Source: Syntrophales bacterium
GTDB taxonomy: Bacteria > Desulfobacterota > Syntrophia > Syntrophales > UBA2210
NCBI GenBank assembly: GCA_023228425.1
Contig: JALOBE010000004.1
Coordinates: forward strand, 1,912-65,911
Length of the DNA stretch: 64,000 nucleotides
Reading direction: 5' to 3'
The notes under the pieces are model-generated. The model did not search any database, was not told the DNA's origin, and was given only the letters and a program-made list of their open reading frames with translations. How positions within the stretch are numbered: the first letter of the stretch is position 1; the number at the start of each line of letters is the position of its first letter. Shown piece by piece: positions 1 through 8,615 of this stretch. Position numbers and translations under genes: made by a program.

Positions 1-405
1 TTAGGCTATGCCTTCATTGCCATGCCGATGGATCCCGACGACCATGCACTCGCGGACGTCCTCGATGCGCTAAAGGAGGCAGCGCTCCGGTGCGGCGTCC
101 GTGCCGAGAGAATCGATGAACCCGAATCAAACGAGAGGATCACCGATAGAATCCTCGACTCTATCTCAAGAGCGGAACACGTCATTGTTGATCTGACTAA
201 CTCTCGACCAAATGTCTTCTTTGAAGCTGGCTACGCCCACGCCCTGGGTAAGATACCCATCTACGTGGCTAGGCAAGGAACGAAACTAGAGTTCGACCTT
301 AAAGATTATTATCCTGTTTTGTTCTTTAGAAATCTCAAAGAGCTGAAGGATGCTGTTGAGAGGCGGATCAGCGGACTGCAGGCAAGTCATAAGACGAACC
401 AGTGA
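1..405 (+). CDS. Nucleoside 2-deoxyribosyltransferase-like / TIR-like small domain protein; 5' end probably lies outside the window
   Basis: ORF 22..405. The frame stays open back to nt 1, with LGYAFIA preceding the first Met. The pattern FIAMP..D...(I)...AEHVIVDLTNSRPNVFFEAGYAHALGKIPIYV resembles the conserved Glu-containing core of the deoxyribosyltransferase/TIR-like fold. Recognised from memory, not searched. Confidence 0.5.
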   Translation, partial: LGYAFIAMPMDPDDHALADVLDALKEAALRCGVRAERIDEPESNERITDRILDSISRAEHVIVDLTNSRPNVFFEAGYAHALGKIPIYVARQGTKLEFDLKDYYPVLFFRNLKELKDAVERRISGLQASHKTNQ

Positions 406-500
406 ATACACGGACTGGCGAACAGACTTGTTTGCCCGCTTTGCGGTTTAGAGTCCAGTAGCATCAGCCCGTGATTCATCCGTTTTTGGCCTGAACAGAT

Positions 501-1529
501 ATGACGATATCGCCTGAGTTTACTGAAAGACTTGAGATCAAGATCACCGAACAACTGAAGGCGCAGCGTGTCGGTTATCTCCTTGGTGCTGGCTCTTCTT
601 ATTTGCGTGGAGTCGGCTACCCACTCGCTTTTGAGCTTTGGGACCAAATCAAGGAACGCATAGCTGATTCCGCAAAACGAGATGAAATCCAGTCCAAGCT
701 CGATGCAGGGGCTAATGGGATTGAGCAAGCTTTGGACTTGCTCGATAATGGATTGCCCAATGAAGGCCCGCATAGACACCTAGTGACCGCTGCGATTGCT
801 GAATTGTTCAAGCCACTGGCCCCGCCCTTAGATGCTCATATTGAGTTTGTCCGCCGATTGGGCCTCCGTTCAGATCCCGGCGTAAAGGTTTTCAGTCTGA
901 ACTACGACCCACTCATTGAGAGAGCATCAGAAAAGGCCCGGGTGCGATTATGCGACGGATTCTCAGGAAATGAGCATGCCTTTTTTGATCCTGCTACATT
1001 TGAGGAACGTATCGGGCGGATTCGCGGGTCGCATAAGGGAAGGCAGTTTGAGGAAACGGCAAGACCGATTCGGCTATTCAAACTTCATGGATCTTTAGGC
1101 TGGTATGAATGCCCTGCAAATGGAGTCCGTAGATGTGCATTTGATGTTGGCCTTCCGGCTGCAACCAAACGATTGATGATCCCCCCACAGCGACGTAAGG
1201 CAAGTGACACCATGAGCCCTCCGTACGCAACCCTCTGGTCTGCCTTTCGGGGAGCACTTGCGCAAGATGCCATACCACTAAACCGGTTAATTTGTTTGGG
1301 ATACGGGTTTGTCGATGAACACGTGAATGCCGTGATCGAAAATGCACTCGCGCGAAAAGATTTCACTGTTTTGATACTTACCAGAGAGCTTTCTGAAGCT
1401 GCTTGGAACCGTTGGTACGCTAAGACCAACGTTGTGATTGTCACGGAGTCACGTTGTGCATTGAAAGGCGAATTGGGTGCGGGTCACCGCGACTTCTGGG
1501 ATTTTGAACGCGTCGCAAAGGAGGTTTGA
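501..1529 (+). CDS. SIR2-like (SIR2_2 type) NAD-binding/NADase protein
   Basis: 342-aa ORF. Motifs: glycine-rich LLGAGSS near the N-terminus, SLNYDPLIE, and KLHGSLGWY (catalytic-His context). Its TGA stop is immediately followed by the ATG of the HerA-like gene. Confidence 0.8.
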   Translation: MTISPEFTERLEIKITEQLKAQRVGYLLGAGSSYLRGVGYPLAFELWDQIKERIADSAKRDEIQSKLDAGANGIEQALDLLDNGLPNEGPHRHLVTAAIAELFKPLAPPLDAHIEFVRRLGLRSDPGVKVFSLNYDPLIERASEKARVRLCDGFSGNEHAFFDPATFEERIGRIRGSHKGRQFEETARPIRLFKLHGSLGWYECPANGVRRCAFDVGLPAATKRLMIPPQRRKASDTMSPPYATLWSAFRGALAQDAIPLNRLICLGYGFVDEHVNAVIENALARKDFTVLILTRELSEAAWNRWYAKTNVVIVTESRCALKGELGAGHRDFWDFERVAKEV

Positions 1530-3224
1530 ATGGATTCGGAATCCTCGAAAACGGTTATAGGACACATTATAGACGTTCAGGGTACCACCCTTACGGCTAC
1601 ACTGGTCGAGGATGAACAGGGCCAAGTTCCGACCGTAACAATAGGTGACGAAGACATTACGGTCGGCCAGATTGGCTCATATGTTGCCGTACGTCAGAAT
1701 GAGGTGCACCTCGTTGCCATCGTTACGCGAATGACCGAACAGGAAGCACTGGCGGCTCCAACGATCGAGACGCCCGGTGACCATACTGCGCGGCTCCCTT
1801 TTGCGAAGCGAATAGCTCGACTAACGCCAATTGGGTCAATACGATCAGATAGGGCGTTTGATCGAGGAATCGGCTCCTATCCGACAACTGGGGCTGAGGT
1901 GCATGCGCTCGGAACCGTAGAGATCGCGAAGCTATTTGAGCGGTTCTACTCAAAGGGGTTTGCCGTTGGAACAGTGGCAACGCATCCGGCCCTCAGAGTT
2001 TGTCTTGAACCATCTAACCTATTTGGGAGACATTCTGCCATTCTGGGGCAGACGGGATCAGGCAAATCTTGGACCGTAGCATCCCTGGTGCAGAAGACCA
2101 TTGAAGTCATGTCCAAGGCCCACATCATCATACTTGATCTTCATGGGGAGTATTGCTGGAGACAGGACGATGGAACCTGCTACTATGCCTTTCCTGACCC
2201 CGCTGTTCGGCACGTTGATGCCTGCGATTTAGAGATCCCATACTGGCTAATGACTTATGCTGAACTCGTTGATCTCTTGATTGAACGTAGCGAGCGCGAG
2301 GCAACCAATCAAACAGCCTTCTTCCGTGACTGCCTGTTGGAAGGGCGGCAATCAGAGAACGCCACCGCTACCCCGGCTCTCGGCCTCGCGAGAGTGACTG
2401 TTGATACACCCATCTTCTTCTCCCTGGACGCTATCTTAGATAAAGTACGCGCCAAGAACATTGAGCGCGTTGGAAACCGGCAAGGACCTATGTTCGGTGA
2501 TTTTGATCGTTTCCTGATGCGGATCGAAAGCAAGCTAAACGACACTCGATACGACTTTCTTCTGAAGCCGAAGATCCGCTCAACATCCGCGTCGCTATCG
2601 TCTCTTTTGCGTGATTTTGTTGGTCTTGGTGACAGAAAGGTCCCGGTTACTGTAATCGATCTTTCTTCGGTGCCGTTTGACGTTCGTCCGACCGTCGCCG
2701 CCCAGATAGGTCGGTTGGCGTTCGAGTTCAACTATTGGAACCCTCAATATCGGGAATTTCCGGTCCTCTTAATATGTGAAGAGGCCCATGTCTACATTCC
2801 TCGTGCTGCTGAAAACCAATTCGCAGGATCACGTAAGTCAATGGAGCGTATCGCCAAGGAGGGCCGCAAGTACGGAGTGGGCCTGTCTGCCGTCAGCCAG
2901 AGGCCTCACGAAGTATCGGAAACAGTACTGGCTCAATGCGGCACTTTCATCTGTCTGCGAATAACAAACCCAGATGATCAGTCTTACATACGTAGTCTGG
3001 TACCGGAGAGCGAAGGCGATCTAGTCAGTGTTCTTGCGGGCCTGGGTCGAGGCGAGGCGCTTGTTCTTGGGGAGGCCGTCCCTATCCCAACCCGGATAGT
3101 GTTCGACAAGCCAAGGCCAGTTCCGAACAGTGATGACGTTGACTTTTACAATAAGTGGAGGACAGGACCGGATGATCTGGACGTAGACGCAATTGTTAGG
3201 CGTTGGCGCAGCCAGGAGAGGTGA
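1530..3224 (+). CDS. HerA-like (DUF87) P-loop ATPase, partner of the SIR2 protein
   Basis: 564-aa ORF. Motifs: Walker A GQTGSGKS, DLHGEY, Walker B LLICEEAH, and SQRPHEVSETVLAQCGTFICLRITNPDD. AAGGAGG lies 7 nt upstream of the ATG. The junction with the SIR2 gene is TGAATG. Confidence 0.85.
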   Translation: MDSESSKTVIGHIIDVQGTTLTATLVEDEQGQVPTVTIGDEDITVGQIGSYVAVRQNEVHLVAIVTRMTEQEALAAPTIETPGDHTARLPFAKRIARLTPIGSIRSDRAFDRGIGSYPTTGAEVHALGTVEIAKLFERFYSKGFAVGTVATHPALRVCLEPSNLFGRHSAILGQTGSGKSWTVASLVQKTIEVMSKAHIIILDLHGEYCWRQDDGTCYYAFPDPAVRHVDACDLEIPYWLMTYAELVDLLIERSEREATNQTAFFRDCLLEGRQSENATATPALGLARVTVDTPIFFSLDAILDKVRAKNIERVGNRQGPMFGDFDRFLMRIESKLNDTRYDFLLKPKIRSTSASLSSLLRDFVGLGDRKVPVTVIDLSSVPFDVRPTVAAQIGRLAFEFNYWNPQYREFPVLLICEEAHVYIPRAAENQFAGSRKSMERIAKEGRKYGVGLSAVSQRPHEVSETVLAQCGTFICLRITNPDDQSYIRSLVPESEGDLVSVLAGLGRGEALVLGEAVPIPTRIVFDKPRPVPNSDDVDFYNKWRTGPDDLDVDAIVRRWRSQER

Positions 3225-3837
3225 AGAGTAGCAGATCCCGCCGAGATTAAGAGGTGCGGGGCCAGATCTGGAGGCCCATGAGGGACGCCGATTGAATTAT
3301 CAAATTCGTGGCTGTAGCCAGAGCTAAGTCCTTGAGGTTCGGAGAAAGAGAGTCCCCACCTATTACCTATTACGTGCACCCTATCGCCGAAAAGCTGGCT
3401 CCGGTTTGACGCCCGTGTTTGCCGACCGCAAAAGTAAGAATGAATGACAAAATGGAGTCTTTCCGATTTTTGAGGATTCAATAATCGAGTGGCTGCGGTT
3501 GTAGCGGGACAGTGAACATTGTTTTCTATATACCCCCATATAACCTGTGATCCTTGGCATATTTTCTGTCGCATGGACCGCAAATAGTCAGTAATTCAAA
3601 TAGTATCGATTCTTCCTTCTGTGCCTGCAAGCCCCGCGGGAGTCATAAAGCTGAGATTCATAAATGTGAAGCATTCAGTACATGTCCTGACAGAGCAGGT
3701 TTATGATAACTATATGTTATTGTTGATAATGGGCAGAAAGATCAGGGGCATTCGATTTCGCTGGCCATTATCTGATTATGAATAATAGTCATTCAGTATT
3801 TGAATGTCCTGGTCTTCCTCCGATCATAGGTGGTTGA

Positions 3838-4119
3838 TCATCCCTCTCCAAGGAAACGTTTGACTGACGGTGGGATTTCATCGGGTGTATAGTTTAGTGT
3901 CTTCACATAGTTACGAATTTTGGACCGCATGGCCTGGTTATTCAAGTCTCTCTGACGGAGGCGAGAAAAATATGTATACAGATTATTTTTCTTCCTTGCC
4001 CGGTTAGGATCCGTCTCCCAGGTTTTCTTTGCAAAATTTTTTACTGAGCAAGCATGCCCGCATGTTTTTTTCATGTGCTTCGTCGTTCTGACGAAGTAGC
4101 TGTTGCATATTTGACACAC
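3838..4119 (-). CDS. Hypothetical small Cys-rich (zinc-ribbon-like) basic protein
   Basis: 93-aa ORF in an AT-rich spacer next to tRNA-Leu. It has a CxxC...CxxxC pattern (CQIC...CGHAC). No family was recognised. Confidence 0.35.
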   Translation of the reverse strand: MCQICNSYFVRTTKHMKKTCGHACSVKNFAKKTWETDPNRARKKNNLYTYFSRLRQRDLNNQAMRSKIRNYVKTLNYTPDEIPPSVKRFLGEG

Positions 4120-4235
4120 CCCTATAACATCATTTTCGAAGAGTTTTTAAAAAGTGTTGACCAAAACGTTGACCACGGGCCCTTAAACGCAAAAGAGGGT
4201 TAACCAATTGCTCAGCTAACCCCCCGTAATTCTTA

Positions 4236-4322
4236 TGGTGCCGAAGCCGGGATTTGAACCCGGACAGGCGTACGCCCACTAGACCCTGAACCTAGCGCGT
4301 CTACCAGTTCCGCCACTTCGGC
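4236..4322 (-). tRNA. tRNA-Leu (anticodon CAG)
   Basis: The reverse complement reads GCCGAAGTGGCGGAACTGGTAGACGCGCTAGGTTCAGGGTCTAGTGGGCGTACGCCTGTCCGGGTTCAAATCCCGGCTTCGGCACCA. It has a 7-bp acceptor stem, anticodon loop TTCAGGG, a long variable arm, a T-arm GGGTTCAAATCCC and an encoded CCA. Confidence 0.9.
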
Positions 4323-4476
4323 ACGCTTTATGTTTAAGGCAGATGCTTACTATACGTAAGGCTTGATCCTTGTCAAGTAATTTATGTTTTCCAGCATGCC
4401 CATATGTGATATGGTTCCTGATCCGGTTCGGACGGGGAAACAGGGAAAAACAGAAGAAACGACACCTTCGGAAATA

Positions 4477-5415
4477 ATGATGCGTGTAATCAGATCGGTC
4501 GACCATATTCCGGCGGAAATGCGGAATTCCATTGTAACCATCGGCAACTTCGATGGTGTTCACCGGGGACATCGGCTTATTTTCAAAACCATGATCGAAG
4601 AAGCCCGTCCCCTGGGGGATCCGACGGTTGTCATTACCTTTGATCCCCACCCCAAGAAGGTCATTCATCCCGAGCGGCGTCCTTTTTTCCTTCTCACGCC
4701 GCTGGAGGAAAAGCTCGGTCTCATCGAGTCCTGCGGTGTCGACGCGGTGCTTGTTATCGGTTTCGACCAGGATTTCGCTGAAACCACGGCCCATGATTTT
4801 GTGAATTCGATCCTCTGGGAAGGCCTTCACCTGAAGAAGCTCTTCATCGGGTACGACTATTCCTTCGGAAAAGGACGGGTCGGCAACGCCGCGTTCCTGA
4901 AGGAGCAGGGGAAGCGGCTGGGATTCGCCGTGCACCAGGTGGAGGCCGTTTCCGTCGGGGACACCGTGGTGAGCAGCACCAACATCCGCCTTTCCATTCT
5001 CGACGGCGACGTCCGCCTGGTGTCTCGAATGTTGGGACGTTATTATGACGTGAGGGGCACCGTGGTGAAGGGATACCGCCGGGGTACGGGCATGGGGTTT
5101 CCCACGGCCAATATCGCGTCTGAAAAGGTCATACCCAGGGTCGGCGTTTACGTTATCTACGCCGTTATCGACCATCGGCGCTACGAGGGCGTCCTTAACA
5201 TCGGTTTCAACCCAACGTTCGGCGACAACCAGCTTTCCATTGAAGGGCACCTGTTCGATTTTCAGGGAGACATTTACGGAAAGGATGTGACCATTCTTTT
5301 TGTCGAACGTCTGCGTGACGAAATGAAATTTCCGGGACCAACGGAACTGGCCGAACAGATTTCACGAGACATCCTCAGGGGAAAAGAAATTCTTGCCCGG
5401 GAGTCTTCCTCGTGA
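4477..5415 (+). CDS. ribF: Bifunctional riboflavin kinase / FMN adenylyltransferase
   Basis: ORF 4384..5415. Contains the IGNFDGVHRGH motif and a C-terminal riboflavin-kinase region (GFPTANI, EGHLFDF). The start was moved to the internal ATG (MMRVIRS) to give a typical length. Confidence 0.85.
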   Translation: MMRVIRSVDHIPAEMRNSIVTIGNFDGVHRGHRLIFKTMIEEARPLGDPTVVITFDPHPKKVIHPERRPFFLLTPLEEKLGLIESCGVDAVLVIGFDQDFAETTAHDFVNSILWEGLHLKKLFIGYDYSFGKGRVGNAAFLKEQGKRLGFAVHQVEAVSVGDTVVSSTNIRLSILDGDVRLVSRMLGRYYDVRGTVVKGYRRGTGMGFPTANIASEKVIPRVGVYVIYAVIDHRRYEGVLNIGFNPTFGDNQLSIEGHLFDFQGDIYGKDVTILFVERLRDEMKFPGPTELAEQISRDILRGKEILARESSS

Positions 5416-5493
5416 CGATCCGGGACCTATGAATCGTGTCTTTTTTAAGGAGCCCAACGGCGAGAATTATTTCTTTGGTATCATCATCCTGCA

Positions 5494-5701
5494 AGATTTC
5501 TCCCTGCGGTCGAAATGACGGGGATGGCGGTCGAAATGACTCACTGGAATGGTCGAAATGACACAATGGGACGGTCGAGATGACCCACTGGAATGGTCGA
5601 AATGACGGGGATGGCGGTCGAAATGACCCACTGGAATGGTCGCAGTGACGGGGATGGCGGTCGCAATGACACAACCGATAGTTTTTCAAACGTCTCAAGC
5701 C
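5494..5701. repeat. Repeat composite A: eight phased GGTCGAAATGAC cores plus the terminal module
   Basis: Eight 12-nt cores lie between 5508 and 5670. They are separated by 9-10-nt spacers of three recurring types (ggggatggc, yCACTGGAAT, acaatgggac). The array ends in gacacaaccgatagtttttcaaacgtctc. Confidence 0.9.
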
Positions 5702-5738
5702 GTTGAAGGGGTGTGACGGCGCAGTCCGTTTCCATGCG

Positions 5739-6434
5739 ATGAACATCAGACATTTTCACGACTGGAAGGTGGATTACGCCGGGGCGGCGCGTATCCAAAA
5801 GGATCTGGCGGGCCGGGTGATCCTGCGCGACAGGGGTTTGCCCGATCGGATATCGCTCGTGGCCGGCGCCGACGTTTCCTATTCACGGGGCGACAACGTC
5901 ATGTACGCCGCCGTGGTTGTCCTTGATTTCGCGAGCATGGAGACCGTGGAAGAATCCTGTCGGGCTGTCACGGTCGACTTTCCCTATATCCCGGGTCTTC
6001 TTTCCTTTCGGGAGGGACCGGCGCTCCTTGCGGCATTCGGAGACCTTCGAACAGAGCCGGAGGTTGTCCTGTTCGACGGGCAGGGCATCGCGCATCCCAG
6101 GGGTCTGGGGCTGGCGTCGCACATGGGTCTTTTGCTTGACCTGCCCAGCATCGGATGCGCCAAAAGCCGTCTTTGTGGTGAATATGACGATGTGGGCTGC
6201 GATCGGGGAGATTCGTCCCCCCTCGAGCACCGGGGGAAACGGGTGGGAGCCGTCCTTCGAACGAAGAACCGTGTAAAGCCTCTCTATATATCCCCGGGCC
6301 ACAACATTTCACTGGAGAGCGCGCTCGAGATCGTCCTGTCCTGCTGCCGAGGCTACCGGTTGCCTGAGCCGACGCGGCAAGCCCACCTGGCCGTCAACCG
6401 GCTGCGCGTCATGCTCCGGCAGTCTCCTCGTTGA
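5739..6434 (+). CDS. nfi: Endonuclease V (deoxyinosine 3' endonuclease)
   Basis: ORF 5703..6434 with the start moved to the ATG (MNIRHFHDW). Motifs: AGADVSY and DGQGIAHPRGLGLASHMGLLLDLPSIGCAKS. Confidence 0.85.
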   Translation: MNIRHFHDWKVDYAGAARIQKDLAGRVILRDRGLPDRISLVAGADVSYSRGDNVMYAAVVVLDFASMETVEESCRAVTVDFPYIPGLLSFREGPALLAAFGDLRTEPEVVLFDGQGIAHPRGLGLASHMGLLLDLPSIGCAKSRLCGEYDDVGCDRGDSSPLEHRGKRVGAVLRTKNRVKPLYISPGHNISLESALEIVLSCCRGYRLPEPTRQAHLAVNRLRVMLRQSPR

Positions 6435-6630
6435 TCCAGGCAAGGCAGGGCGCGAACCCTCCCTGGACGGGCAGTTTTATGATTTCAGGTACATCGTAGT
6501 TGTGGTTCTCTTCTATGCATGATTCGACGGCTGTGTATCGGCCGGCGGCGGTCTTTATCAGAAGCATCGCTTCCGGTTCATTCCGTTGCTTCGACCGCCT
6601 CTTGTCGTCACCAGCGGCTCTTTCCGTCAC
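6409..6630 (-). pseudogene. cutA: cutA (divalent-cation tolerance protein) remnant; only the C-terminal half is retained
   Basis: EAMLLIKTAAGRYTAVESCIEENHNYDVPEIIKLPVQGGFAPCLAWINEE matches the C-terminal half of CutA (..ILKT...HPYxxPE...LPV....YLxWL). Everything 5' of about nt 6588 is repeat-family sequence, and no N-terminal half is visible in any frame. Confidence 0.5.
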
Positions 6631-7057
6631 CGACGTTTCCTTGTCATTTCGACTGCCCCCCTTCCGTCACCGACGTTTCCTTGTCATTTCGACTGCCCCC
6701 CTTCCGTCATTTCGACCGGAGGGAACCGGAGGGAGAAATCTTTCACAATGACGGCAGGATGGCTGCGGAGAAAGATTTCTCGTCGCTTCGCTCCTCGAAA
6801 TGACGGTATGTGGGTGCCCCTCGAAATAACAGGCAGCTTGAGAGCTTTTGGACATGACGGCACTGTGAGCGCTTCTTCAGGCGGCACAATTCAGAGACCT
6901 TTCATTTTGTCATTTCGAGGAGCGAAGCGACGAGAAATCCATGTCCCGAGCAAAGCGAGGGATCTTTCAGACTTCTCACATGCGTTCGAAGTGACAGGGG
7001 AACGTTCGAAGTGACGGGGGAGAGGTCGAAATGACACAATCGATAGGTTTAAAGGTC
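6588..7057. repeat. Repeat composite B
   Basis: Order of parts: antisense GTCATTTCGAC units, a GAGAAATCT/AGATTTCTC dyad, GATTTCTCGTCGCTTCGCTCCTCGAAATGAC, an inverted 92-nt unit (6909-7000), and the terminal tcgaaatgacacaatcgataggtttaaaggtctc. The last module abuts the pyrE stop codon. Confidence 0.9.
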
Positions 7058-7639
7058 TCAGGCTTTCTTCATCCTTGTGTAGTAGTCCATAATCTCCGTG
7101 CGGCTGAAGATCGCCCGAACGTCGGGTACGAACGCTTCTATTGCCTGCTTGCCGCCTTCTTCGCGGTCGATGAAGGCGATCACCGAATCGACGACCAGTC
7201 CCGCCTCCCGGACCCGATGTATTGCTTGTATGGTCGAACCACCGGTTGTTATGACATCATCGAGGACGATGACCCGTTCGCCGGCTTCGACATTGCCCTC
7301 GAGCGCGCTTTGGGTTCCGTGTGACTTGGCGTCTTTGCGCACGACAAAGGACTTGATGGGCCTCCCCCGCTGCCAGGAAATGATGGACAGGGCGTTCGCC
7401 AGTGGATCGGCGCCCAGCGTGAGTCCCCCCGCTGCCGTTATATCCCGGTCGGCGACCATGTCGAAAAGGACGGCTCCCACCAGGTTCATTCCCTCCGGGT
7501 CGAGGGTCGTGGGTTTGCAGTTGAAGTAATAGGTGCTGGTCTTGCCCGACGCCAGGGTGAAGGGAGGATCGTCCCGATAGCGGAATGACTTTTCGATGAC
7601 CATCTCCCGAAGTCGCGTTTTTATGGCATCCTGATCCAT
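7058..7639 (-). CDS. pyrE: Orotate phosphoribosyltransferase
   Basis: 193-aa ORF with the PRPP-binding motif VIVLDDVITTGGS and a PyrE-like N-terminus. Confidence 0.85.
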   Translation of the reverse strand: MDQDAIKTRLREMVIEKSFRYRDDPPFTLASGKTSTYYFNCKPTTLDPEGMNLVGAVLFDMVADRDITAAGGLTLGADPLANALSIISWQRGRPIKSFVVRKDAKSHGTQSALEGNVEAGERVIVLDDVITTGGSTIQAIHRVREAGLVVDSVIAFIDREEGGKQAIEAFVPDVRAIFSRTEIMDYYTRMKKA

Positions 7640-7717
7640 GTTGTTGTATCTCCTCCAGGCGATTTGCTGTTTTTATGTATTCATCATGGGTAGCCCCGTG
7701 ACCGACTCGTGCGGCAA

Positions 7718-7860
7718 CGAGAAATCTTTCTTGACTATCGCCACTGTGAAAGATTTCTCCCTCCGGTTCCCTCCGGTCGAAATGACGGAAAGAGCGGTCG
7801 CAATGATGGGGATTGCGGTTGCAGTGACATAATCAATAGTTTTTTAAAAGCGTTGAAGCC
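7718..7860. repeat. Repeat composite C
   Basis: gagaaatcttt...aaagatttctccctccgg dyad, followed by ggtcgaaatgac / ggtcgcaatgat / gttgcagtgac units and the terminal ataatcaatagttttttaaaagcg. Confidence 0.85.
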
Positions 7861-7877
7861 TTCCGGTACCATTGCTC

Positions 7878-8615
7878 TCACCATCGTTCATCTCGCAGCT
7901 CGAACCTGACGGGAACCTCGACGGTCATGACGAAGGGAACGCCCCGGTGTGTTGCCGGATCGAACCGCCATGCGCGGACCGTGTTGAGGGCTGCTCTGTC
8001 CAGGAGTTCGTGTCCTGATGAATGCGTGACTTCGACGTTCCGGGCGCTCCCGTCTGTTCCCACCGTGACCGAAAGCACCACCAGTCCTTCGCAGCCTCTC
8101 CTGCGGGCAGCCAAGGGATACTCCGGGGGCGGATTGCCACGGTACCGTGGAAGGGCTGGAACGACTGAACCTGCCTGTTTCCGACCAGTCCGGTCTGGTT
8201 CGGTCTCATCCGCCGTTCTTTCCGGTCGCTGCCGCAAGGGTAGTGCATCTTCGGCCGGTTTTTCAACCGATTTCTTCGACTTCGTTTCGGGGGCTGGTTG
8301 TGGACGTTTTGAGGGTGCCGCCGCCAGCGCCGGAGGTCGGTGCTGCCCATGGTTGTCTCGAGGATGGGCCGTCACCCAGGGGCTTGCCTCAACAGGCCGC
8401 TGTCGTTTTCCCGGTTGCGCGGGCTCATTTTCGCCGGGACGGGCCTGAACCGACGCGTCCGGTTTTGTCCCGACGAAAGACACCTCCAATGTTCGTTTTG
8501 ACGGGATTTTCAGCATTACGGGCGAGAAGGGCTTCGGCAGGTGTAGCACGGCCATGGACCCGTGCAGGGCCAGGGCGATGACCAGGGCGATACCGAAGCG
8601 TCCCGTTTCTCTCAT
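7878..8615 (-). CDS. tonB: TonB family energy transducer
   Basis: N-terminal membrane anchor, a Pro/charged-rich linker, and a C-terminal TonB domain (PEYPLAARRRGCEGLVVLSVTV...GVP). Confidence 0.8.
   Translation of the reverse strand: MRETGRFGIALVIALALHGSMAVLHLPKPFSPVMLKIPSKRTLEVSFVGTKPDASVQARPGENEPAQPGKRQRPVEASPWVTAHPRDNHGQHRPPALAAAPSKRPQPAPETKSKKSVEKPAEDALPLRQRPERTADETEPDRTGRKQAGSVVPALPRYRGNPPPEYPLAARRRGCEGLVVLSVTVGTDGSARNVEVTHSSGHELLDRAALNTVRAWRFDPATHRGVPFVMTVEVPVRFELRDERW

Noticed and set aside
3146-3583. A 145-aa minus-strand ORF overlapping the HerA 3' end, considered as a possible third defence gene.
   Set aside because: It overlaps HerA coding sequence, has no RBS or motifs, and its composition is not protein-like. 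It is probably spurious.
1-4235. A direct repeat of the tRNA-Leu 3' end (att site) or an integrase that would define a mobile island.
   Set aside because: No copy of the tRNA 3' segment (for example gatttgaacccgg) and no integrase- or recombinase-like ORF were seen in the window. The island call therefore rests only on composition, gene content and tRNA adjacency.
4279-5250. Long antisense or shadow ORFs: 4279..5250(-), 12799..13785(+), 14204..14989(+), 15180..16158(+), 22628..23809(+), 23949..24794(+), 28112..29257(+), 45440..46315(+), 53440..54381(+), 57993..59048(+), 60932..61570(+), among others.
   Set aside because: Each lies opposite a gene with clear family motifs. The translations are Arg/Gly/Pro/His-rich with no recognisable domains, which is typical of GC-rich shadow frames.
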